Source: Octopus vulgaris | Taxonomy: Eukaryota | Assembly (NCBI GenBank): GCA_951406725.2 | Contig: OX597816.1 | Coordinates: forward strand, 74,400,001-74,464,000 | Direction of reading: 5' to 3' | Length of the DNA stretch: 64,000 nt | Part shown: positions 1-10,700 of the stretch, one piece after another | Layout of the letters: every line of letters starts with the position of its first letter | Position numbering within the stretch: position 1 is the first letter of the stretch | The notes under the pieces: generated by a model | What the model was told of the DNA's origin: nothing | What the model saw: only the letters and a program-made list of their open reading frames with translations | Database searches by the model: none | Made by a program: the position numbers and the translations under genes

Positions 1-24
1 ATATATATATATATATATATATAT

Positions 25-2557
25 AGGATTGTCACTTAAGTTGATAACATGCCATTACTTTATATGTATATGAACAAAATTATTTTATTCCACACGGGTA
101 GAAATAAAGGAAAAATAGAAGTTGAAAATGCACTGAGAATAGTTCAAATATTTTTTATTAATGTAGTTAAAGCTTTAATCGGTTTCACAGTTTACACTGA
201 TTTTCAAAAAGTTCAAATAGAAAGACGTGGCTTAAGTCGCAGCTGTCTTGCTTCTGACTAGTGTTTGAAACGTGTTCTATTTCTATAGGGAGTTCATGGC
301 TTAAATTAGTATATGTTTTGAATAGGATTTGATTGGTAGAGAATAGTCACACGACTGGTCTTTAAAATTTTTGTAGGTTCCTCGCTACGTCCGTTCGTTA
401 GTATCACGGGATAATGTTTGACGTCGAACTTTAAAGCTGACACGGTTGACTGAACATGTCCAAACAATAAATACTCTGAATGTTTTCTGTCAAGTGTTTG
501 TAGAGAATAAACACATGATTAAGTTTTAACCTTTCGTGCTTTTTCCGCTACGTCCGTGCGTTAGTTTCACATGGAAGCATATTTTGCGCCTAAAACGAAG
601 GCCGACACAGTAGAGTGAACATGTTTAGTTATAACCAAGGCACTCCAAATTTAATCTGTCTGGTGGGAGAGTGAACAGGTGTCGTTTGTACGTAGTACAG
701 TGGCTAAAGTTTAGGCTGTTAGCTGTGTAGGTCCCTCATGATAAGCGGCAGAATGAGTTTGTATGGGAATAGTTATTTGTGTATGTACTCTGTTAAAGTT
801 TGTTAAGTCTTGGTTTGTACTTTTGTATGAAAGAATTTTCTTTGTTTATCCATGCTTCATCTGTGATATTCGTTGAACATAGAGTAGGAAGACCTGGAAT
901 TTGGGGGACTCATTTTTTGCACATATGTCTATGTGTCCACTCAGTGGAATCTGTCTAATACTGGGGTCTCGTATTTGTTGTCGGTGAATGGTCAGTCTAT
1001 TTCTTGAGTAAGCTTTATTTGACCAATGTAGTCTTCATTACATCCTTGACATTCGATACCGTATATTAAATTCTTTGAAGAACCTTAAAGTGATTTTATA
1101 TGGTAAAAATCTGTCCTGGTTTGAATTTGTATAGTGTGTCTTCAATAAGGTTGATGCAGGTCCTGCAATTGGGGTGACCACACTTTTTGACTGTTGGTGT
1201 AGGAATTGTGGAAGGTAATTTAGCACTTATGAGGAATTTTTTGAGGGTGTTTGATTGTCTTTTACTTTTGATTATTTTGTACATTTCGAATGCTTGCTTC
1301 ATTCTTGAGTCTTGTTTTAGTAGTCGAAAGTCCTGGGGAATACCTCTGTGTGTCTTGGATTGTGTGTTGTAATAAAGGGTAGAGTATAGGATGTATCTGG
1401 AGCGATTTTCGTTTTTCGTAGTTCTTCGATATTTATTGCTTTTGCACTTTCTATTTGTTGTCTATTAACATTAATGGATATTGTCTTTTAAATAGTACTT
1501 ATTTTAGTTCCTGGAGTCTTTTATTGCGAGTTTCAAGGTTTGAGACAATTGTTCAGATTCTTCTTGATAGATTAAAGGGGATATTCTTTATCATATGTTT
1601 TGGATGACATGGGGACGACAGTAAGTATTGTTTAGAATCTGTTTGTTTCTAGTGAATATCTGTTTCTATGATTTTATCTCTTTTGATTATTAATATATCC
1701 AGGAATGGTAGTTGAGTTTTACTGTATCCCGTGGTAAAGTCGATATTATTGTTTATGCTGTTGATCAGCTTTTTGAAATCTATAAGTTGTTCAAATGTGG
1801 GCGTCCATAGGATTAGGCAGTCATCTAAATAACGTTTACAGTTTTCTAGTAGATATTTGTGGAAGTTCAAGCTATATATTAATTTAGATTGTTCATATAT
1901 CTGGACCTCCATGTATACCATAACTAGATTTGTGTAAGTCGGAACAACTTTTGTCCCCATCGCAGTCCCAGATATTTGTTTGTAAATATTGCCTTTGAAG
2001 CCAAAAAAGTTGTTTCCGGGGATAAATTTTAATCTTCAGTGATGAAACTCTTTTCAATTCTGTCTGGAATTTCATGAGGAAATTTCTCAAACCAGAAATT
2101 TATTGCCTCTGGTCCATATTGGCGTGGGATTGTGGTATGGAAGTTTACCACATCAAAAAATACGATAGTGGTATCATTGTTTATGGACTTTGGGAGGTGG
2201 TTTAACAGGTCCAGGTCGTTCCTTACAAGAGTCGGTGTGTGTTTTAAAATAGGTTTCAGTAATATATCTAAAAAGTTGCTGAGTCTGTGTATTTCACATT
2301 TCGGGCCTGCTACGATTGGTCTAGATGTAAGGTTGGTGGGATCAAATCCTATTCAAAACATATACTAATTTGAGCCATGAACTCCCTATAAACATGAGGC
2401 AAGATTAGTCAGAAATAAGACAGCTGCGACATAAGCCACGTCTTTCTGTTTCAACCTTTTTGAAAATCAGTGTAAACTGTGAAACCAGTTAAAGCTTTAA
2501 CTATATTAATAAAAATATTATAACTATTCTCAGTGCATTTTCAACTTCTATTTTTCC
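25..2557 (-). mobile_element. Decayed Penelope-like retroelement (RT + GIY-YIG endonuclease) with inverted partial pLTR, inserted in TA/CA microsatellite
   Basis: Minus-strand fragments give RT motifs (GTKVVPTYTNLVM, RYLDDCLILW, LPFLDILI) and a Cys-rich linker (KKCGHPNCRTC), followed by a GIY-YIG-like region (~760-1100). Positions ~108-260 are the reverse complement of ~2406-2557. Confidence 0.9.
760..2340 (-). pseudogene. Frameshifted PLE reverse transcriptase/GIY-YIG ORF
   Basis: ORF pieces 1649-1960, 1096-1302 and 1893-2090 carry PLE motifs in different frames, with stops between them. Confidence 0.85.
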
Positions 2558-3321
2558 TATACACACACACATATATGTGTAAGTGTGTGTGTGTGTGTAG
2601 CTCAGCCTTGGGTTAAAAGAATCTTCGACCTATGGTTGACAGAGCATTATCCCTGCCCTTTTACGTGAAGTTAATGTTTTCTGTCATTAATATAACTATG
2701 AACGCCGTTCGCTTCGAACACACCACAATACACAATTGGCGAGCCATTATGTAATCATAGAAATATAGTATTTTTCTCTTGTAAAAATAATTGTTGCTTC
2801 AATAAAGTTTTGAGTTTGTTCTATTATGGGACAACACGCAGCTAAACTTCATAGCAATCAATAAATACACATTTAACCAGCACGACAGATGAAAGATAAA
2901 TATTAATAATATAAGCTGACATTGCTGTATAACAATTTCCACCCCATTTAACATTCATCTCGACATGTTTCTCTAAAATATGTCCCTTATATCACAAATG
3001 ATCAAACTTCTTATTTTAACGACTCTGTCAGTTATTAGCGTTACTAAGGATAAGTCAAACACATTTACTTATAAATTAGTCATGGGCAAACAGCAGCCGG
3101 CAGGACATTCTGAATGGCACGCTTCATTTCGCGAGGAAAATAACAATTTTTTTCTTTTTAGTAGTTCGGCCCCTCTGGTGGTGAGTCACGTCTCATGCGA
3201 CTTGCTTCTCGATAACGTTTGCTCATGCCTGCAATAAGTAAATGCTCTAACACCGAAATAAAACTATTTTGTTACTGTTTAGCTTCATATCAACCCCGAA
3301 TGAGTAGAACTGTGATGAAAG

Positions 3322-3493
3322 TAGTGCCGTAGATAGAGTGTGTGACGCCTGGGGCAGCCCTTCAGTTTGGTCCCCGTCTTAACCTTCACCTCTTCATTTA
3401 TTTATTCAGCAGATCCAATAGTGATGCCCCACAACCCCCATAAAAGTGTCGCCCGGAGCGGACCGCTCCAGTCGCCCCCAAGCTATGCAACAG
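3322..3493. mobile_element. Short hAT-like MITE
   Basis: Degenerate TIRs (tagtgccgtag...ctatgcaacag) and an 8-bp TSD-like pair gatgaaag (3314-3321) / gatgaagg (3494-3501). Confidence 0.55.
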
Positions 3494-4159
3494 GATGAAG
3501 GACTTCCAGCTATGACCATACCAACTTTTATTCAGACAGTATAAGCTGGAACCATATTACCCATTATCCTTCCCTTTTTAACATGGTAAAGTATAATTTG
3601 AAGAAGATTTAGCTGGTACTTCTAGCAGGCCGAGCAACCATATAGAGACCCCTTTGTCGGGTGGTGTAAAAACTTCATATTAAACACAATAGACTAATTA
3701 AAATAATTATTTTGGACATTCTTAATTAGGTAGCGAGCTGGTAGAAAAAATACTTGGCAGTATTTCTTGAGTTCAAATTCCCCTGAGGTCAAATTTGCTT
3801 TTCGTCTCATCAGAAACTGAAGTCGATGTAATCGACTTGCCCCCTCCCCTCAAAATTGTTATCCTTGAGATCTGCAATAAGTGAGCTAGATCGCAACATT
3901 CCTCTGAACGGGACGCCGATCAGAGAAATGTCCTGATCTTGAGTAACCAATCATGTCGTGCGGTTCATGATAATTTACTATAAAAATCTTTCAAAACCAT
4001 GTTCTCGTTATAAGGCAGTGAGCTGGCAGAATCGCTTGCAGCATTTCGTCCTTCTTTGAGTTCTACGTTACGCTGAGGTTGACTTTGCTTTTCATCCTTT
4101 CAGGGTCGATGAAATAAGTGCCAGTTAAGCTCTGGGGGGTCAACGTAAACAACCTACCC

Positions 4160-4540
<381 letters not shown>

Positions 4541-5045
4541 AACCTACCCTCTCCTTGAAAATTTTAGGCCTTGCGCCTATAGTAGAAAGGATTATTACAA
4601 TATTTTATAAAACTTAAGACCAATAAGAGAAACAGCAGAACGGCGGCAGGTGAGGTTCCTAATAGTAGTTACGTCCCTTTATATACTAATTGGTAAAATA
4701 CCTACCATTAACCAGATCGATCTTATTGATTTCCTCCGCTTACTAGCAAAATGTGTAACCTTATAACAATACTAAAAATCAATACTATATGTTACACCTG
4801 CTTTTTAAAGGTTACGTGAGTTTTCTTGCTAGTTCCAGCTGTGCATTCTCCGATTTAATATTTTTTCTTTTTTGAAAACCTTTCGTTTTTAACTTCTCTT
4901 TCTCTTCTTCATGTTTCAACTAAAGATGTGTAGAAACAGGCTGGGTGAATAATAAATCGAGGGGTAAATATTGATAAAACTGATCGATTATAGAATTGTT
5001 CTGTGTGTTTAATAAAGAAATTATGAAGCTTTCTAAGTTAACCCC

Positions 5046-5480
5046 GGTTAATATAAAGATCTTCACTCGTGAACCCCCCCCCCCCCCAAAAAAAAAGAAA
5101 GAAAGAAAGAAACCCAGCCTGCTGGGTGTTAACAACTATAAAGAAAACGAATATGAAAAAAAAATTGCTTTAACGACCCTGCGGTGGGTTGGGAGAGGAC
5201 TTTTGGAAAATACACAAGATCCGATTTCTCCGTCATAACTTTCGGTAAAATGGATATATATTGATTTTTTTACGAAATCCTATGTTTGTGGTTATGGAAG
5301 ATCCGATTCTGAAAAATTTTTTTCAAAAATCGCATTCTCAAAATTTCAATTACCCCCCACCCCACCCCGTCTCTCTTCATTTTTCACTTTTCCAGAATTT
5401 TTTTTTTTTTTTGCGAAATACGTAGAAAAATACGAAGATTACGATTGTGAAAAAAATTGTAAAATTGCAATTTTTCAACA

Positions 5481-5511
<31 letters not shown>

Positions 5512-6590
5512 CCCCCAGGCCTTCAAGCAGGTTATCCACATGCTAGAAATAACAGCCAAACCTCACAAAACTGATAACATAATGTAATCAATCTACTCAC
5601 CTTTCTACAAAGATTTCTTTCAGTAATATGACAAAGTCATTGAAATTTTGAAAATGCGATTTTTGAAAATTTGTTTTTTCAGAATCGGATCCTCCATAAC
5701 CAAAAAACCATAACCGTAAAAAAAAACCAATGTATATCCATTTTACCGAAAGTTACGACGGAAAAATCGGATCTTGTGAATTTTCCGAAAGTCCTCTTCC
5801 CCCTCCCACCAGGGTCGTTAGCGCAAATTTTTTTTCCATATTCGTTTCTTACATAGGAGGAATTCCAACCACGTTTCGTGGTTCGTTTCCTCACAACTCC
5901 TTTATAGGATCCAGTGGCTAAAGACATCATCAGGAGGAACCACATTCGGTTTTGGCCCCTACTCCTCTACCATTTGCAGTATGGCGCCCCACCTTTTCGG
6001 AGGTGTCTTCAGCTCTGGTGTTGAGTGCATTTCTTCTTTCTCCTTTTTTCTTCCGTTCCTTGGCCTCTTCGATGCAGAGTCAATGTGTGTCAGCGGGCGA
6101 CTGACCATCCTGCCAAATTGCCCTTTAAATATTCGCTGGTAGACTCCAGCAGCCAGCGCCAGCTGTCACGTGACACTCTCTAAACACCCATCAGGCTTAA
6201 GTTTACTGAAAGGTGGGTAAATGTCGCAAGAATGGCCAGTATAAATGGACCAATTCTGATGATACACCTGTAGTATAAAAAAGTATTATAAAAGGAGAAA
6301 GGGGCTCTCTACCCCACTTTTGACCAGGCTCCTGTGGCTTTTATGGGTTTTTCCACGAGTAACCTTTCGAAGCGCCTCCCCCTATTGGGAATTTCAATTG
6401 TTATATTTTCGTTATCTCTGAAATTTTTACACGTTTTTTTTTTTGCAAACGGACAAAACCCTTTGTAACTTTCGCCCTGTGTTTTGTCCCTTTATGTTTT
6501 AATTAATTTTTGTCAGCCCTTGTGGCCAATAAACGAATAAATTATTATTTGTTTTTTTTTTGTTCACGGATGAAGATCTTTATATTAACC
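5046..6590. mobile_element. Unclassified composite insertion with ~29-bp terminal inverted repeats, 22-bp flanking direct repeat and internal ~210-bp inverted repeat
   Basis: tgaagctttctaagttaacccc at 5024-5045 and 6591-6612. Ends are ggttaatataaagatcttca.. and ..tgaagatctttatattaacc. Segment ~5140-5350 is the reverse complement of ~5640-5850. Confidence 0.75.
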
Positions 6591-6967
6591 TGAAGCTTTC
6601 TAAGTTAACCCCAACATTGACAGGATGACTTCAGAGATAGTTTAAATTCTTTTTGCATCTTCGTAATCGTTCCATTTATATTTATTTTCATACTCAACAT
6701 TTATCAGAACCAAACTACTTTCATTTCGCTCTTAGACACTCGGGTATTAGCTGTTATTGCATCAGTGTTTACTGCAACCATCTTTATCATCCTGACTATT
6801 ATTTTTTTAACGACTATCATTTTCACCGAATCCCACATTAAATATCACTGTAAATATGATTGCAGAACCCGTCAAGTAGCAGACAAAATATAAATTGCGT
6901 ACCTGGTTGTATACTTTTGAGTTCTGAGTTTAAATTCCGCTGGGTAAAACTTTGAACTTTTTTTTTT

Positions 6968-7390
6968 TACCTCCGTCTTCACTGATGCGGAGGTATTGTT
7001 TTCAGTTGTGTTTGTTTGTTTGTTTGTTTGTCCATGGGTAAGATATCTCAAGAACAGCTGGATGGATTCGGATGAAACTTTCAGGAATGTTTGGCCTCGT
7101 GACTGGCACAAACTGATTAGATTTTAGGATCGGTTCAGTACCGGACAAGGATTCTGGATTATTTTTCCTATTTTTTAAACTTAATTTTTGAGAGCGGGCG
7201 GGTTCATTTTTAGAATTCTCGTTTGTGAGAGCAGTCGAGTTTATTTCAGATATTCTCATTTTAAAATTCATCTCCGGCTAATCGTTGAGAGGACATTGGT
7301 GTTGCCGTTGTTTGAGTTGGTCGTTTGTGGCCGCGGTTTGGTTGGGGAAGGTTGTCTTTTAGAGACTGTCTGTTGAATATATTGTTTTTT
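6968..7390 (+). mobile_element. Helentron-associated (HINE/DINE-1-like) non-autonomous element
   Basis: A T-run, then a cctccg...cggagg hairpin, (gttt)n and the ggatggattcggatgaaacttt motif, as in DINE-1-like elements. Confidence 0.55.
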
Positions 7391-8220
7391 GTAATTGTTG
7401 AAGGTTGTTGGGGCGACTTGCGCGTGGTTGTTTTTGTTGTTGTTGTTTTGCTGCTTTTCTCCATGTTGTAGGGGTGAGGGAGTTGGCTTTGTTGTGGAGA
7501 GCTGCGCGGGGTCCGCTGCAGTGGGGGTAGCTGCGCCGTTGGGGGTGAGGCGGTTAGGGATTAATATGGAGGACATGGTGGGAAGCGGGTGGTTCGTGCG
7601 GGGAACTGGGGCGCAATTGGGCTGGTCCCTCCTGAGGGGAGCGGTGGAGCGTTGGTGTGCCGCGTGGAGGCGGTCGCCACCAGCAGGATGGAGGAGTTGT
7701 CAGGGGGCGATGTTGGGGAGTGTCTGGGAGCCGTGGTAGAGGTGGGGGTGGATGACTGCATTTGTTATCGGAGTGGGGGTGCAGCTGGGTGGGGGTGGGG
7801 GCGGCCTCGCGTTCCACCGCTGTTCTTCAGTCAGGTGGGGTGGCACTGCTGTCCATGTGTGGAGACGGGTGTGGTGTTCGGGTCCAAGGTGCCGCCTGAA
7901 GTGGAGGCGGAGTTGTTGGTGGCAGCTGTTCTGTCTGCCGCTGGGGACGGTCCGGGGTTGGGGCCGGTGATGGGTGGGGGTGTGTTGGGCTGGTGGGGGT
8001 GCGGTGTCGGGATGTGGCTTTTTGTCGCTTTTGAGGGCATTAGGGAAGGTCCCTGCTGATCAAATTCTTTCCACAAGGGCAGTTTGGTGGAGGTTGGAAT
8101 GAGTCGATTACATCAACCCCGGTGTTCAACTGGTACTTATTTAATCGACTCCTAAATGATGAGAGGCAAAGTCGACCTCAGCAGAATTTGAACTCAGAAT
8201 GTAGCAGCAGATGAGATACT
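7190..8220 (+). other. A-depleted, G-enriched tract (putative A-to-G hyper-edited sequence)
   Basis: In the core (~7400-8050) the three 60-nt lines I counted have only 3-6 A each, while T and C look background-like. The adjacent SINE copy has G where paralogues have A. Confidence 0.65.
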
Positions 8221-8267
8221 GCTAAGCATTTCATCGAGAGTGCCAATGACTCTGACGACTCATTGCC

Positions 8268-8309
<42 letters not shown>

Positions 8310-8310
<1 letters not shown>

Positions 8311-9195
8311 GTAAATAATACTCATCAATGGCTAATGACTTCTGGTTTAAAATCAGAAACAGAAGGGTTTGTCATAGCAGCCCAAGATCAATGCCTACCT
8401 ACAAGGAACTACCAGGCCAACATATTAAAGAACAGCTGCTCCCCAATGTCATGTATGTCAACAACAAAATGAGATCATTGATCATGTTGTCTCCATGTGC
8501 AGTTTTCTTGTGCCTACAGAGTATTTCAACAGGCATGATAGAGTTGCACAATATATTCACTGGGTAATTTGCAAAAACCTGGACTTGCCCCATGATAAAA
8601 ACTGGTGGGAACACAAACCACCCCCAGTGCTTGAAAATGATCACATCTCACTCCTCTGGAACTTCACCATTCAAACTGACAGAAAGATAGATGCAAATAG
8701 GCCAGACATCATATTGAAAGACTTCAGACAAAAATCATGCCTCCTCATTGATATGACTGTTCCAATTGACATAAATGTATCTATTAAGAGCTACCAAAAA
8801 CTGAGCAAGTATAAAGATCTTGAAATAGAAATGTGGAACCTCAAGACTAAAACAATACCTGTTGTCATAGGTGCTCTAGGAATGATAGCAAAAGGGGCTG
8901 ATTGCTACCTAGCTCAGATACCAGGAAACTCCAAAATGGCAGAAATTCAAAAGATAGTGCTCATGGGAACTGCTCATAACCTACGTAAAATACTGTCTAT
9001 GTAATCTCAAATTTTAAAACAAACTCATAATTTTCTTATGGTTTCTTAAACATTCTCTAGAGCAACACTATGTACAAAACCAAATATATGGCACCCTAGG
9101 CATAACACCAACATGAACTTCTAACTTGTCTCTTGAGGTGTCTGGGTGAGACTTGGAGCCAACTTGTACAAATGCAAAGCAAAAGTAAAACATAA
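8310..9195 (+). mobile_element. 5'-truncated Dong/R4-clade non-LTR retrotransposon (CCHC knuckle + restriction-like endonuclease) in a (TAA)n target
   Basis: ORF 8495-9004 contains RHDRVA..IHW, NRPDIIL, LIDMTVP, KLSKYKDL and IPVVIGALG. (TAA)n lies on both sides, the known Dong target. Confidence 0.9.
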
Positions 9196-9239
9196 AATAA
9201 TAATAATAATTTTAATAATAATAATAATAATAATAAAAT

Positions 9240-9276
<37 letters not shown>

Positions 9277-10204
9277 GAAGAAGAAGAAGAAGAAGAAGAA
9301 GAAGAAGAAGAAGAAGAAGAAGAAGAATTTCTAGGATAAAAAAATCTAAGCACTTCATTTAGAAAGCAAAATATAGGCAGTGATTGACTTTAGAATGTGA
9401 GTGGGGATGATTTTTAAAGGTACTTGGCCTTTTGTTGTTGACCTGAGTGAAGTAAAAAAAGGTCATAAGTAGACAGGTGCAACACCTGGTGACAGTAGAA
9501 CCTTTATCTTTTGCATCACCCCTGCTGTTGCAGAATGATATCGATCATTGCCAGGGTAGACATTACATACATACGTACATACAAACATAACTACATACAT
9601 ACATACATACATATATACATACATACATACATGTATGTGCGTGTATATATGCGTGAGTGTGTGTGTTTGTGTGTGTGTATAATATATATCATCATCGTTA
9701 TCATCGTTGTTATTGTTGTCGTCGTCGTCGTCGTCATTGTCATCGTCATCATCATCATCATTGTTTAATATAAGTTTCGGATGTTGGTGTGGACTGGGAC
9801 AGTTTGAAAGGATCCAGCGAGCCACAGGACTGTGCCAAGTTTCAACGTCAACTTTGGCATGGTTTCAACAGCTGGGATGCCCCCCACTAACATCAACCAC
9901 TTTACAGAGTGCACTGGGTGCCCTTTCCAAGCCACTAGCACTAGTGAGGTTGCCTTGTAACTTACAGGACAAAAAGAACAGGGGAGAAGGAGAAATCTCC
10001 GATGACTATGTGTGGGGAAGCGAGTACTAGAGAAGGGGAGGTAACTCTGTACCACATGTTGAGAGAGGCTTAAGTACAATAAAGGGTGTCTTGCTATAGA
10101 GAAAATACATGACCACCACACATTTAGGGGTGGGTGAGAGTAGCGGGGAAAAAGACAAAATGGTAGTTATAAAATATGTGTTTGCATGTGTGTGTGTGTG
10201 TGTG

Positions 10205-10395
10205 GAAGCATGTGGCTAAGTGGTTAGGGGTGTTGGACTCGTGATCATAAGATTGTGGTTTCGATTCCTGGACTGGGTGACATATTGTGTTCTTGAGCAA
10301 AACACTTCATTTCATGTTGCTCCAGTCCACTCAGCTGGAAAAAATGAGTAATCCTGTGACGGACCAGTGTTCCATCCAGGTGGGGATTATATACG
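10205..10395 (+). mobile_element. tRNA-derived SINE family E
   Basis: tggctaagtggttagg...ggtttcgattcc head, then ttgagcaa.acactt..tttca.gttgctccagtccactcagctg. A fuller copy is at 17687-18003; others at ~40755, 41060-41312(-) and 46610-47020(-). Confidence 0.75.
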
Positions 10396-10399
10396 CCCT

Positions 10400-10700
10400 T
10401 GAACGTGGTCAATGCCAGGTCCACCTGACTAGCTCCTGTGCCGGTGGTACATAAAAAGTACCATCCAAACGTGGCCAATGCCAGGCCCGCCTTACTGGTT
10501 CTTGTGCCGGCGGCACGTAAAAAGCACCTACTACACTCTCAGAGTGGTTGGCGTTAGCAAGGGCATCCAGCTGTAGAAACATTGCCAGATCAGAGTGGAA
10601 CCTGGTGCAGCTGCTGGCTCTCCAGACCTCAATCAAACCATCCAACTCATGTCAGTATGGAAAACAGACGTGAAACGACGACGATGATGATAATGATGAT
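10400..10700 (+). mobile_element. RTE 3'-end-derived repeat (family C) ending in (GAT)n
   Basis: gagtggttggcgttag.aagggcatccagctgtagaaac...aaacgatgatg. Many copies, e.g. 9760(-), 10830(-), 11775-12110, 12770, 13670-14010, 16030(-), 30165(-), 34540(-), 38300, 48370, 56230, 57460(-), 58285(-), 60230. Confidence 0.8.

Noticed and set aside
5862-5945. Minus-strand hammerhead (CTGATGA...GAAAC)
   Set aside because: I could not build a convincing stem II or cleavage triplet.
7395-8076. Several long overlapping G/V/W- or P/T/H-rich ORFs
   Set aside because: Explained by extreme strand-specific A depletion removing stop codons; no recognisable protein.
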